Shown here: positions 1 to 12,800 of the stretch, one piece after another
Layout of the letters: each line of letters opens with the position of its first letter
How positions within the stretch are numbered: the stretch's first letter is position 1
NCBI RefSeq assembly: GCF_018977255.1
Contig: NW_024704743.1
Coordinates: 22,322,001-22,386,000 of the forward strand
DNA length: 64,000 nucleotides
Source of the DNA: Callorhinchus milii
Taxonomy: Eukaryota
Direction: 5' to 3'
Made by a program: the position numbers and the translations under genes
Notes under the pieces: generated by a model
The model's database searches: none
The model's input: the letters and a program-made list of their open reading frames with translations, nothing else
What the model was told of the DNA's origin: nothing

Positions 1-206
1 TCTTGACCTGTTCACTGTAGAGCCAGATCTCCTATACACAGAGGTAACAAGAGATCCAACTCAGTCAAGTGTGAGAGGATCCAGAGTTGGGAAACACAGC
101 CACTAAACATCAGACTTCTGATTTTCAGGGTATATTTTTAGCTTTCTTTTAATAGCAACTTTAAGAGGGTTTATAAATAAGGGTTTGGGGGGCTTTCATT
201 AGGGTA

Positions 207-334
207 CTGCCGCGTTCGCCCACAAATATACAGTCAATTCACTTTACAATGTCTTCTGTGAAGCGCTTTGGGACGTCCTCTTGACGTGAAAAGCGCTATA
301 TCAAATGCAAGGATTATTATTATTATTATTATTA
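207..334 (+). mobile_element. 5'-truncated young SINE (Deu-domain 3' part, L2-type tail, (ATT)n)
   Basis: Near identical to the 3' half of the copies at 1963, 46084 and 55049. Confidence 0.85.
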
Positions 335-692
335 CTGAGAGGAGGGGAGGAAGAGGTGGAGTGCAAAGAATGCACTGTCGACACCAGGACGCTGCTGAGA
401 GTGAGAGAGAAAATCTCATTTTGGAGTTAAGTCAGAACAGGTGTTTTGTGCGTTTTTCTAGTATTTATTTATTGCATTAAACACAAATTAATTTTTTTTT
501 GTAAATGGGGTGTTTTATCGGGGTGGGGGGGGCGGGGGCGGAGAGGGGTGTTCAGTTAAAATAAAAAAAATCAGAAACCTTAATTATATGCCATCAATTA
601 CCCTTGGAGGCAGTGGTATAAAAGCAGTATTACACAGCACAACAGTTTATTCCTTTGACAGGCATTCATCAGACAGGTATGTATGTACTTAC

Positions 693-821
693 AATGAAGC
701 CAAGTTTCTTGTAATCCCTGGTGTACATGGACTTTCGCTTCTCAATACTTCCACTGTTACTGGGCTCCGACTCCACATCAAATGCAATCCTGCGCAGTTC
801 AAATATGATATCCCTTTGAGC
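693..821 (-). CDS. ELMO1: ELMO coding exon 12: [43 protein letters not shown]
   Basis: 129 nt, ttccag|...|gtaagt, phase 0-0. Confidence 0.96.
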
Positions 822-1469
822 CTGGAAAAGGAAGAAGGAATCTTTCCGGTTGAACAAAACAGACCATGTGTGATGGACATTCAATTATGTATGGAATCAT
901 CAGAAAAGCAACAGGGCTTTCATTCCTGGCAGGTTTACAAACGTCTTTTGACATTCCTCTATGAATATTCAGCTGCGTGAAACCAGAAACAGCCCTTGGT
1001 TCCCAACTTCCTTCAACTTTCCATCTGCAATTTAGGAGCTTAGAATAAACCTAAGACACTCACACATTTATTGGTGGATGTTATGCTTACAATCCCAAGT
1101 GAACTCAGTGCAATACAACTCTCCCCCCTTATTTCTGGCACCCTGTGTCTGCATTAAGTATTCCCAAATCAGGTCATTCAAAAAAGACTGAAAAATCTAG
1201 ACCATTCAATTTAACAGCTGCTGCAGGGGAAATGCTTTTGAAAGCATTATACAGGTGCCATCACAGGTCCTCTAAAGAGCACAGGGACAAGAAGAATTAA
1301 TCACCACAAATTTAGAAGCTGTAGGTCATGTCTCTCACCTCACTAGGATTTAAAGACAAGGCTTCATAAACCAATATCATTTGCTTGGATTTTTAGCTGC
1401 TGTTTGAAGAAGTTCCATATGTGAAACTTTCAAAGGTTAAAACAAGTCTACTACAAATAAATCTCTGCA

Positions 1470-1765
1470 TTTTTCATCAAAAACATGTCTCAAAGTGCTT
1501 CACAGAATGAACTGTAAAACTTAGTATTTTGTGTGTATTCGTATGTATTTTATGTGTGTATATATATTTATACGTATTAACTGTATTTTGTAAACAAACC
1601 CAGCCTATTTGCACATCGCAATGTCCCACAAACAGCCATGAGGTGAGTGACCAATTTTATTTGGGGGATTGTTGGCCATGACACCGGGAAAAGCTCCCTT
1701 CTCTTTTTGAATCGTTCCATGGGATCTTCAATGTCCACCTAAACAACCGGACTTTGATTTAACGC
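1470..1765 (-). mobile_element. Older Deu-domain SINE fragment
   Basis: tgtcccacaaacagc...tggccatgacaccggg...ccatgggatcttcaatgtccacct, homologous to 33475-33890. Confidence 0.7.
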
Positions 1766-1962
1766 GGCTTTCAAATCACTAGAGCTAGTGTAATTTCAGA
1801 TGGTTGGATTGAAAACTGGGGGCTCAGCAACGGGAAGCAGGTAATTATGATGATAAGTAGAAAAGATTCTGTCAGGGGAGGGAGGAGAATAGAGTTGCCA
1901 AAGAAGATAGCCCTGCTCTTCACATCATGTGTGAGTTGAAGAACAACAATTTACAACAATAC

Positions 1963-2286
1963 GTGGAGTCCTGTAGCTCAGTGGTTAGAGCACTCGCTTT
2001 GCAAGCGAGAGACCTGAGTTCAATTCCAGGCAGGTCAGGGCGAAACCTTGGGCAAGTTTCCTTACTCCACACAGAGCCTAATAATAATCCATCCAAAACC
2101 AAAAACAATAATAAATTGGTCATACTCAATCTACGACTGTTTGTGGGACATTGCTGTGCGCAATTGGCTGCCGCGTTCTCCCACAAATATACGGTCAATT
2201 CACTTTACAGTGTGTTCTGTGAAGCGCTTTGGGACGTCCTCCCGACGTGAAAAGCGCTATATCAAATGCAAGGATGATTATTATTA
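1963..2286 (+). mobile_element. Full-length tRNA(Ala)-derived SINE with Deu-like core and L2-type tail
   Basis: A box TAGCTCAGTGG, anticodon arm CTCGC-tttgcaa-GCGAG, B box GAGTTCAATTCC, GTGGGACATTGCTGTGCGCAATTGGCTGCC core, (ATT)n tail. Confidence 0.9.
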
Positions 2287-2444
2287 CACTAATACCTTGG
2301 ATGTTGGTAGAATGTTTTAAAATGCAAAGACTGATCAGGAGCCCGAGCTAGCAGAGTGTGGTGGGGGAGCAGCCGAAAGCACAGTCTTGAGATGGACCTT
2401 GAAAGAGTCCTATAAAAAGTATTGTGCATGGAAGATGTACATAC

Positions 2445-2567
2445 TTGATCTTGTGGGTCCATTTTTGTCATCATTCGGTCCTCCAGAAGATTGAATGTCA
2501 GTATTTGGAGGACGTAAAGCTGGTGAGCCATTTCGGTCTGAATGGTGCGGTTCCCTCGAATGACGTG
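2445..2567 (-). CDS. ELMO1: ELMO coding exon 11: [41 protein letters not shown]
   Basis: 123 nt, tacag|...CAA|gtatgt, phase 0-0. Confidence 0.96.
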
Positions 2568-4373
2568 CTGTAACATAGAAAGAGTTAGCAATATAACAGG
2601 AGAACACGGGTTCACAGTCCACATAGAATACCCCAGCCCCCAACCTCATCAGGAAAGTACAGTGTAAGGAGGTAGGGAATTTTATCCTGTGGGAAAGACG
2701 ATGTTTATATGCGTGTGTTTGTTTGTTAACACAGTGCACCCCTCTAGTGATGCCCAGACTCTATCCATCGTTGAGCTCAACTAGAGCACCAGAGGTAGCG
2801 AAAACAGTGTAAATGTATGTATTAAAAAAAATTGCCAGTATATTTTGGAGACATGAACTCTACGGGGCAAGAACAATACATATTATGTACTGTGCATGGA
2901 TTTGTCCAGGATGGATTTTCTTCAACTAGCAAGTTGTTTTTCCAAATAATCTCATTTCCAGGCTGCCTGTGGAGCAGAGCACCAACAGTGCAGGGGACAT
3001 GTCTTGGGGTGAAACAAGTCACTGGGGATATGATGCCCCAGAGAGGGGCTCTTCTCATCACTGACTTGATATGTTCAATCAATTACAGATTTCTCTATAC
3101 TCCTTGGGTTTTCATGTGTGTCAAGACACTTGCCTCACCAGCAACAACAACAAAAAATAAATCTGCACTAAGTAGAGATATTAAACCACATTAAATGGTG
3201 TTTTGAATTTTGCATCCCCCCTTCCACATACTATGTAAGCATTTTATGCCAATTAACTCAATGTCAGAAATAACAAGGAGTTAATTTACACTGCATATTG
3301 CTCTCCCAGTACAAAGCCTCCCTTTCCCCTTACGCTGAGGCAAGGATTCTGCTTAAATTATTCATTCAGATTTAAACTAGGTTAATCGAGCTTCGAACAT
3401 CATATTGTTTCAAAGCTGATTATTGAGACAATGTAAAAACATAACCATAATGCTTAAATCAGGAACCTTTGAGATAACAGTGCAGGTGTTTTATATATCC
3501 GCACCACAATCAGTAAAGCAACTATAACCACGGGATAGGTGGGGGGGGTGGGAGGAGAAAAAGAGAGGAGGGCATTTTAAAACTCTAATGTCATATATAC
3601 AGCAACACACTCTTTCTTCAGTCAAGAAGTTCATAAATACTCATCACAATGTCTATTGTACAGTATTGATACTATCTAGAATTTTTGCCTGAAACTTTCA
3701 AGCACTTTAAAATGACTATATAAATGTAAATTACATTGCATTGTACTTCATTCACAGCTTTCATTTTTTAAAAAAAAATGCAATGCAGCCCACTATAACT
3801 GTTATTGCAAACGCGCTTATAACTGGTTGCACTGTGGACCCCGTTAACTGTGCACACATGCAGCCGACCCACGCGTTTCCTGAACACGGACCAACCAGAC
3901 AGCTTTTTGTGCTAAAATGGCCCACTTCTGCTTTATTAGGTCGCCGTAAGCATCACCTCTGGCTATGCCGTGCAGGCACACAGAAGCAAGTGACATCGGC
4001 GGCAACATAATGATGTGTCTCCCAACTATGGTCAGTCTTCTGGTGTGAATCTGGACAGTGAGTGCAGCAGGCTATCCAACTGTAGACAGCATCACAGCTG
4101 AATCCGATCAATCCTCACTCTGATAATCTTCACATTTATTTACGAATAATCTAATTTCACATCATCGCAGAGATATCCCGAAGTGCTTCACAGAATATAC
4201 TGTAATGTGCAGTGATTGCTTTGTGGGCAAACACCCAAGAAGTCAAAGCTCAAGCTCTTTGAAGTTATGAGTTCGTAGATTCTCCACCCGCAGCCAGCTA
4301 TGCATTACCTATTGTAAAGGATACAGACCAATGCAAGTGTGATGTTTTGTGTGGCATGTTTTCTGGTACTCAC

Positions 4374-4424
4374 ATTTAAAATGATGTTGCGCAGTTGCTT
4401 CTGTGCCAAGATGCTTGCCATTTC
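4374..4424 (-). CDS. ELMO1: ELMO coding exon 10: EMASILAQKQLRNIILN
   Basis: 51 nt, ccag|...|gtgagt, phase 0-0. Confidence 0.95.
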
Positions 4425-5457
4425 CTGGGCAGAACAAAAAACAAAAAAAATTAACATTTTTGTGCTTTGCAATTTATATGACAAAAGCCTATTTATGAAT
4501 TTACCCATCACCTGTAGCTGCAAAAATGTATTATAACTTTGCGATATTAGAAGTCAAGTACATTACACTACAGGAGAATATAAGCTAAGTCAAATTTCCT
4601 CACTTCGTTGCAAATCACATGTAGTGTGGACCAGACCCTGACTGAATAAGTCAGTCAAGAATGAATGAATGCTGGTTCAGCACCTCTCAACAGCAACCTT
4701 CCAGCAAGTGAAGCTCGCAGATTGCCATATCCACCTTTAAACAAAGAGGCTAAAATTGGTGGATGTGTTACCCTGACCCTGCGCTCTGTGCTGGCAGCGA
4801 GATTTTACCATCCAATAGGAGGCAACGACTTTCCTCACCATATCCGTTTTTCCCATTCAGTCCTTTTCTTAATCCCTGAAAGGGTCAATGGTGCTGCCTC
4901 AGAACGTGCGGGAAAGGCAAGCTCAAGCACAACTATAACGCAACTTGCCCCCTGATCACAAGGAACCCTGAAACAGGAGGCTATTGGGCATATTGAGTAG
5001 GCTGTGTCCGCCGGCATTTTATTTGTTCATGGAAGCTCTTTTGTCCGTCTAATCTCAATTTCCTCCTTTTCTGTACATTTCGTAATGGGCTACTTAACTC
5101 GCCTCGTAACTCAAATGAAAGAGAATCTTTGAGTCTGATGAGACAAGCATCACACCAGAGCTGAATAAGTAGTCTTGAACAATGTGTTGCTAATCAAAAT
5201 TATCTGTTATATTTTTAATGGATAATGCTAGGATTAGGAACAGACGCTATACCCTAATATAACAACACCAACTTGCATTTACAGAGCCTTTCATGCTGGG
5301 TAGCATCTTAGGGCACTTAGTACTTTAGGTGGTATAAGGTGTTATCAGGACATTGAATGCATGATCATACACTGGCTTTGTCAGGTGGGGAGGTAGTTTG
5401 TGAATTAGTTTGGCTGGTTTGCAAACAGAGTCCAAGGTTGCGATGGTCGGTCGGTCC

Positions 5458-5461
<4 letters not shown>

Positions 5462-5520
<59 letters not shown>

Positions 5521-5529
5521 ATGTATGTA
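5462..5529 (+). repeat. Compound microsatellite (TG)n(TATG)n
   Basis: Directly visible. Confidence 0.95.
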
Positions 5530-5599
5530 AAGTCACATCCAGAGCGGGCTTGAAGTTTTGGATGGAGCAGGGGGGCATCACACTGTGGCACCAACAGGA

Positions 5600-5842
5600 G
5601 GCCTGAAATTCCACCTAATCTTACCTTTAAGACCCATTTTTTTGGTAAAATTTAAGATTGCACGCAACTGTGGAAATTTCTTCCATTTGGTCTTAATTTG
5701 GAAGCTGGTTTTCCGCATTTGTTCAAAATAGACTGCTTCCATACTGAAAGCAAATGGAAATTTTTTCCACATGTGTGTGTCGAACCTCAATTTTGAAACA
5801 ACAAAAGGACTTGCAGACTAAGAGTAGATGGAATTTCAGGCC
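5600..5842. mobile_element. Palindromic MITE-like element
   Basis: 24-nt terminal inverted repeats (ggcctgaaattccacctaatctta / taagagtagatggaatttcaggcc, 22/24 match) plus internal inverted segments. Confidence 0.75.
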
Positions 5843-7544
5843 AAGGAGCGGTGGGAACACAGATTCCATTCACCTGCTCCAAAGGCACTGAGCACAGATC
5901 TGGAATTTTTACAGTGAGAGGATCTTAATCGTTCAGTAACTGAGAGCCTGGCAAGGACTGGTGTGATGAGGGTATGGAGTTTTGTGCTGGTGAGAATCCA
6001 GGTGCTGGAGTTCTGAATTAGTTGAATTTTGTGTATGGTGGAGCTGGAGAGACCAGCGAGGAGGGAATTGAATACTCCAGCCGGGATTATTTCTAAAGAG
6101 AGAGACAGAGAAGCAGCAGCATTGCCCCCTGGTTACCCTGCACTCAATCCCCTGTTTGTTCCCAGTGTGCAGAGATGTGTATGTCAAAGGTAAGGACAAC
6201 TAATCAATATCAAGACACATATATTACATATAAAAATGCAAACTCACGTCAGGCAACCCACTGAAAATCAGGTAAATTACACTGAAACCAATTTAGGACG
6301 AATGGTGAACAGCAAAGTACGTTCAGCTGGTTACATGGAATTATGTGAATGACTGGCTGACTGGAGAAAAACATCTATTGAAATCTGTATGTACATCAAC
6401 AGAAAGTCTGAGATGACCATTTGGCCTATAGTACCAGTGATAATGGAGACCCTCCACTGGAGTTACAGTAGAACTGTGTTATAAGGACCCACTTATAATA
6501 ATAATAATATTCCTTACTTTTGAATAGAGTGCATTATCACGTCTTCGAGACGTCTCAAAGGGCTTCACGGAATATACTGTAAAGTGAATTGACTGTATAT
6601 TTTGTGGGCAAAATAACATGGATTTGCTTATCAGGAAGGTGACCTGTGCACCTGTACCTGTCAGCTTCCCACGTGCCGGTTGACTCCACGCATACTAAAA
6701 AGTGGCCAACTTCCAGGTCAACAGGTCATTGTCAATGACACTTTCTGCACGCAGCATTTAGCACCCAGGAAGTGAGATCAATAGCAACCCCTCTGTGATA
6801 GGGCACCCAAAACTGAACACAATACTCCAACTATAACTTAAACAGAGACCTATCTGTTTCCAGGATACCAAACGCATAAAAAGTGCACGCAAGCTGGGTG
6901 CAAACCCTGTCCAGCACCTTAGGATATCGTCCAACGTGAAAGGTGCTACATAAATGACAATTTGTAATTAGTATTATCTATAAGAATTGTCAATAATTAT
7001 GATCAATTATCCATATTAAGAGTGATTAATAATATTAGTAATGATACTTATTAATTATGAATAATAATTATGGACCCAATGCTGGGCCCCAGTCTATTCT
7101 CTCCCCATTTTATATCATTTATATCTTCTTTTTTCAAGTGGTTACAAGTTGCCATCAATAACGGAAAACCCTTCTAACCCTTCCCTGTGGGGGAAAATCG
7201 TTATTTCTCCTTTGAAAATCTTTCATAAATTCTATTAGATGCCTTCTTAAAATCCTCTGCTCCAGTGAATACATATCCAGATTTAAGAGTCTTTCCCTCA
7301 AAGCCTGATTAATTACAACAACAATTTACATTTGTATAGAGCCTTTTATGTCAGAAGAATTTCTCAAGGCACTGAGAACGTCCCAAAGCACAGTTACAGA
7401 CTACAGAAGAGCAGTTGAGCTGTTTGCTGATCAGAACAAGAACAGAACTGGTTTTGAACAGTTTAAAGAGAAAAGCAAATTGAACAAAATATGTTTATTA
7501 ATGGTAATAAATTAAAGAGTGAGGGAGTAAAATGGAAACACTTC

Positions 7545-7832
7545 AGCGGGCATCGGTCTACTTCATGCCTCCCATCCTACTCACCCCACTATCAGCTGTC
7601 GGACTTTCAGCCTATCTGCCCCCATTCCCCGAAACTCAATCCTGGAGTCCCTCCAACTCGCTACTCCCTCACCCTCTTCAAGGTCCATCTCAAGACCTTC
7701 CTCTTTGACCATGCTTTTGGTCATCTTTCTCTCCCCAACCCCTCGGCTCCCAACCCCCAGCTCAGATGCAAAGCAACTCGGTGCATCTTCCCGACGTGAG
7801 AGGTGCTATATTAATGTAAATTTGTATTGTAT
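7545..7832 (+). mobile_element. L2 LINE 3' end fragment
   Basis: FKVHLKTFLFDHAF C-terminus and a tail shared with the other L2 copies. Confidence 0.8.
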
Positions 7833-7989
7833 GGTATTTGCTTTTCAAACACCAAATGCATTTTTTTCGCCCACAAAATTCAGTCAAATCACTTTGCAGT
7901 AAATCCTGTGAAGCGCTTTGAGATGTCTCAATGACGTGATAAGCCGCTATATCAAATGCAAGGATTTTTTTTTAAATCCGTTGATCACC

Positions 7990-8285
7990 ATTGAACTGTA
8001 CGGCACAGTAGAAGGCGATCCAGTCCATTTTTTTGTGTCAATGTTTGCTCCTTCAAGAAGCTGTCCACCCTAACCTCAATTCCCTGCTTCTTCCCTGTGC
8101 TTGTTCAATTTTTTTCCCCAATGCTTCAAACGACTTGCCTCCAATAGGCACTACCTCCAAATTAATCCATACCCCGACACCCTCACAGAGACTTAATTCT
8201 TCTGAATCTCCCCTCTTACTCCACTGGGCACAATCTTAAATTCATGTTTTCTTGTCCTTGAATCCCATACCAGCAGAAAGAGTTT
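7990..8285 (-). mobile_element. Old CR1 3' end fragment
   Basis: Diverged similarity to the CR1 3' region at 13088-13420. Confidence 0.55.
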
Positions 8286-8419
8286 TAATTGTTTTGCAGA
8301 GAAAAGTAGATGTCACCTTTGTTGGAGGGGAGGAAGTGTGACAAGTGTGATTTGAAGCTTGTAAAACCCCCCTTATTTTCAGCCCTTCCTAAAGAGGGGC
8401 CGTGGGTCTAAACACTCAA

Positions 8420-9151
8420 TACGTTGAGAGACACCTGCAAAATTAATGCCTCCTATTTATTTTGTGGAGAATGGTAAGTGGTACAGTAACGAAAAACATA
8501 CCCAAGATACTTTTATATATCCCGCCCCTGCTATGAAAGTTCTGTTTACTTCTAACTAGATGGAGGTGCGCGAGAGCAGTTCAAAATGCAGAACCAGCAT
8601 TGATACACACGTTAAGCAGATAGCAGTAATTGAATTTCTCATAGCTGAGGGGATTTTGCCGATTGAGATTCACCATTGCATGAGGAAAGTGTACGGGCAG
8701 TTCTATATGATGATGCAAGTACTTTAAAACACTGGATAAATCGTGTGAAAAGTGGAGAAACTGAACTTCATGATAGGTCTAGCAGTGAAGAGAATAAACA
8801 CAAAACTGATCTGCAAAGATCGACACATCACTCAGTGATGGGTTGAGTGAGAATCTCGGTATCAATCATCATATCACAGAGATGATTATATTTAACCTCG
8901 GTTACTCTAAAGTTCCACGAATGTTATCCGTGTTTCACAAGTAACCAGAAAGGCCATTTGCACATCATTTTACCTTAATGGCATAAATGGCATTGGTTTC
9001 ACATTGCCACAAGCATGGAGATGGTGATGGTGACTTTGTGGAAAAATAAGTGCACTGGTGTATTTAAAAAACTTTGTGTATATGTTAAGTTTTGAAAGTT
9101 AACAATTAAAGAAAATAGAAGGGACACATTACTTTCGGGGTGTTCCTTGGA
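8420..9151 (+). mobile_element. Internally deleted mariner-type DNA transposon relic
   Basis: Frameshifted KQIAVIEFLIAEGILPIEIHHCMRKVYG...STLKHWINRVKSGETELHD HTH N-terminus from 8614; GDGDFVEK* C-terminus near 9020-9049; degenerate TIRs. Confidence 0.8.
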
Positions 9152-9171
9152 CATTCACCTAGTGCCATCTC

Positions 9172-9420
9172 AATAATAATCAATAACAATACAATAATCC
9201 TTGGATTTGATATAGCGCCTCATCACAACAAAACAACAAAATTACAATAGCGCCTTTCACGTTGGGAGGACATCCCACTCACGTCTTTGTGACGTCTCAA
9301 AGCGCTTCACAGAATATAATGCAGTGTGAATCGATTGTATATTTTGTGGGCGAAACGCGGCAGCCAATTGCGCACAGCAGTGTCCCACAAACAGCCGTGG
9401 TTTGAAGAGACCAATTTATT
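9172..9420 (-). mobile_element. SINE 3' half, interrupted by a short L2-tail insertion (~9231-9280)
   Basis: Reverse complement of the SINE core and tail. Confidence 0.8.
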
Positions 9421-9817
9421 ATTAATTTGTTTGAAGAATCTCAATGCGCTTAAATACCAGCACATTGGATTCAGAAAAGAATATTGCAGTGAGGTTTCCT
9501 TCTTTTGATCACTATCGAGTGAGGCTTGCTGGAAGATGCCTGTGTGTGGACAACGGTGAGGACAAGGACCAGACTCGGCTACAAAACCTCCCCACAGTCA
9601 AATCGCCTGGTGGCACTCCCTGGCCAGGCAGGCACATGAACACCAGACACCTGGGGGATGTACGGGAGTGCTTGCTAGTGGAATCATACACTACATGGTG
9701 GGTTACAGAAAAAGAAATTCAAACAACAAAACCAACAAGGTACGAACAAATGAAGACCATGTAAATCCCTGGTGAGATTCCTACCCCCACTGAAGGTTAG
9801 GTGAGAGTGATACTTAC

Positions 9818-9862
9818 TGTCAGAGGACAATCGAAGATGTCAACATTATCCTCCACATCAAG
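9818..9862 (-). CDS. ELMO1: Putative alternative cassette exon: LDVEDNVDIFDCPLT
   Basis: 45 nt, cgcag|...ACA|gtaagt, phase 0-0, no stop; TACTAAC branch point at 9917-9923; resembles the ELMO2 insert DKHLNPLDLPVT (recalled) at the same junction. Confidence 0.7.
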
Positions 9863-12800
9863 CTGCGTGACACCAGGCAGCGTGCACAGAGGGGAAGCGG
9901 AAAGCAGAAGTGAATAGTTAGTATCACACAAGTAAAAGAGATCAGAAGAAACAGAAAGCAGAGCAAGAGTTAGCTTGCAGCAGCACCTTGCCACCTTACT
10001 GGCCATCTTGTGCAAAGATCCAACACAAAACTAGAGGCGAAACAAGATGCAGCGTTTACACCCGTGGTTTCAATGGTAGCTGTCCGATACCTTTAGTAGA
10101 TACTTAGCAGTCAGCTCCATCGTAACTTAATGTTTGCTATTTCACATACAATTTTATTGTGATATTTGGCCGCATGCAGGGAGAGATTAAAAGTTCTGGT
10201 GAAGAGGAACGAAGCAGCCCCCAAGGTTAAAAGATCATGCAGCTCAATAGGAGGAGCTGATCCTCTCAGACTGCAGACTGCAAGTTTCTGGTTGGTGTTA
10301 AGTCTGGTCAGCTGGCTTGAAGAGAGGAGATTGGAGACGAGGAACAAAGCAGGAGGCAAAAGCACTGTTTGAAGGGAAGGAACCCACAGTCCAGGCTGCT
10401 GACTTGTGAGAGCAAAATCCCTGTAGAAAGATGCACGGCCAGAAGTGTACATTATCGGCTGTTCTTCATCCTTTACAGCAGCAGCTGCAGCTTACACATA
10501 GCCACAAACCCAAAGGGTTGCTCCAGGCCACGCTCTCATACTTTCTTGCACCCAGTTTCAAAGCAGTGTTGGTAAAGGCCCAGGATAGCACACATTATGT
10601 GGGAGAGTAGGGGTGAAAAGAAAGGGGGGGGAAAAAAGTCAAGAAAGAGAAGAAAATACCCTTGATATTCCCTCAATTAAATAATCACACCCAAGTCCAA
10701 AAAAAATACTGTCCCTAGTTTCCAAATCAGTCATTGTTAAGCAAAACTAGAATGTCAACATAACCCAATGTAACGCACGTTCAAATTGCAGTGTTCACTT
10801 AACATCCTGTTAAAAGCAGTCGTGTTTAATTCTTATCAACACTGGAACTGATAGCCCACTTCAGGGAGGATAGCATTATTAGTTCCCTCAATCTACAAAC
10901 AAGCCACGTCGCTCCACACACGCTCCACTCATATCATTCAGGACCACCGGTAATGGCACGGGCTAATGGTTATTTACCATGATGTGAGTTCTGTTTTCCG
11001 CAAGGTTCCAACCAAGGAAATTCCAGGGCTTTGGAAAACCAAACTTTCCGTATTAACGTTAGTTGGCGGCAGGCGGAGGATGAAAGTGCTCTGTGTTGTT
11101 TTCTTCAAATAATACAATTAAATCACTTTGTGGTGGGGGCGGGGGGTGAAGGGGGACACTTATTTATTATTGTGTAAATTAGGTGACAGACACTCAAACG
11201 TGCTGGCAGATGTGACAATTCGGAAAAGCCGACTGAAAGCATTTTGACTGTAAGTCTAAACAACCTACATGCCACTTCAACAGTGAGCCTCAACTGAACC
11301 CAACCAAAAGGCATGGGTGGAAGGAGGATGTTCATTTTATTGACAACAGGGAGGAGTGACTGGACCATTAAATGAATAATATGTCAGGGCAGCTGTCTGC
11401 ACACATTTGCAAACCCAGGTAATGGCTTCATTAATTATCAGAGAGGGAAGAGTCCTCGTCTGTGCTTCCCTGAACCATCTGGGTACATCCTGCTAATTGG
11501 TCTGTGAATTAACACGATTAGTTTATTGGAATAAGGTTGTCCTTTCTTGTCTATTTTGGTGTGTTGTAGCAATAGTCAAATTGAATGCTCCCTGCATTAA
11601 CCCAGTAAGCAGCATTTTTGACACTGAAGTTGCTAATCCCATTTCCCACCTTTTTCCCCCATTTCCCTCAGTACCTCATTGCCTGCCCTTAAACATCAAA
11701 TCGGTTCTACATTCTCACAGCCCTTCTGTAACAGAATATTTCAGCCTTCAATTGGGAACCAATGTTAAGATGATGACTCTTCCCTCCACCACCCCCCACT
11801 CATCTGCAAAGAATAAAACTTCACATTAAAAATGTCACCTACTGACCTGCCTGGGAACAATTCACTCATTTAAAATTGCACACGTCATCTGAGTGACCGA
11901 GGTCAAGTGCTGTCACCAGCACAGCGCAGTAATCAATGAGGTTCCCCGAACTCCATAATCATCCTTTTTCTCCAAAGCGCTATTTTGCTGCACCGTCAGC
12001 AGGACCCAGGTAAAGATTTTGTGTGTTATTTGTTGGTCTAAATTACTTTGATGGTTTAAGTCAGTAAAAGGTCAAGAAAAACTAATACGATGAAGGCTAA
12101 AACATAAATGGGAGCGAGAGAGAGAAAGCCTGGCTTGCTCTCACACTCTGTTCACCTCACTGGGGCTGCTGGGGTTCAGGTAGCAAACATAGTTGACAAG
12201 ATGAAACAGGGTCAGTAAACCTCACAAAGGACCGCCCGAATGACTCACCAAACGTACAGATTTATTTGACTCCCCCTAAACAAAAAGTACCACTGCCGCT
12301 CACAGTACCCAGTCACAACAAGAGGTTAATTCAAATATGAATTACCCCTGCACCTTCACCCCCCCCCCACCCCCCCACCCCCACACACGCACAATGCATA
12401 AAAATCACTTTTTCGCTGACTTTACATCTCAACTACCTGTATGGAGCTAATGAACTGATGTTTAAAAGGTATTTCATGGTCTGCCTTATTAAAAGGACAT
12501 CAGCAGTCTGCTGTAAAATGAAGTTTGTTCAGCACTGTATCACCACGCACCATCTGGCTTGCTCCTGACAAAACATCAATTCAATTTTTTTTGTTCATTA
12601 AAACCTGCGTGGACTTGAACTGCATTAATCAGGTCTGCACTAATGCAATTTCGCCACTGAAACTGCATTAATCATCATTACCGAACTCTGAGAGTAATTC
12701 CATTATTTTTTCCATCACAGAGGTGTGAAGAGGCAGCAGAAACATGCAGCTGTGAGCGGGAGTGAGACGAGTGGCCTCAGGGGAAGGGCACGTATTGCGA

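Noticed and set aside
510..980. 156-aa plus-strand ORF
   Set aside because: It is the antisense shadow of ELMO exon 12 plus low-complexity sequence, with no recognisable protein.
1963..2045. tRNA-Ala(TGC)-like sequence (also at 25429, 46084, 53353, 55049)
   Set aside because: No proper acceptor stem, and it runs directly into the SINE body; these are SINE heads, not tRNA genes.
4639..4657. Hairpin tgactga-ataag-tcagtca
   Set aside because: A 7-bp stem is expected by chance in 64 kb.
10496..10540. Second possible 45-nt in-frame exon YESVAWSNPLGLWLC (aag|...|gtaagc)
   Set aside because: Weak acceptor with a competing AG 4 nt upstream; the NPL.L resemblance to the ELMO2 insert is probably chance. 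It needs RNA evidence.
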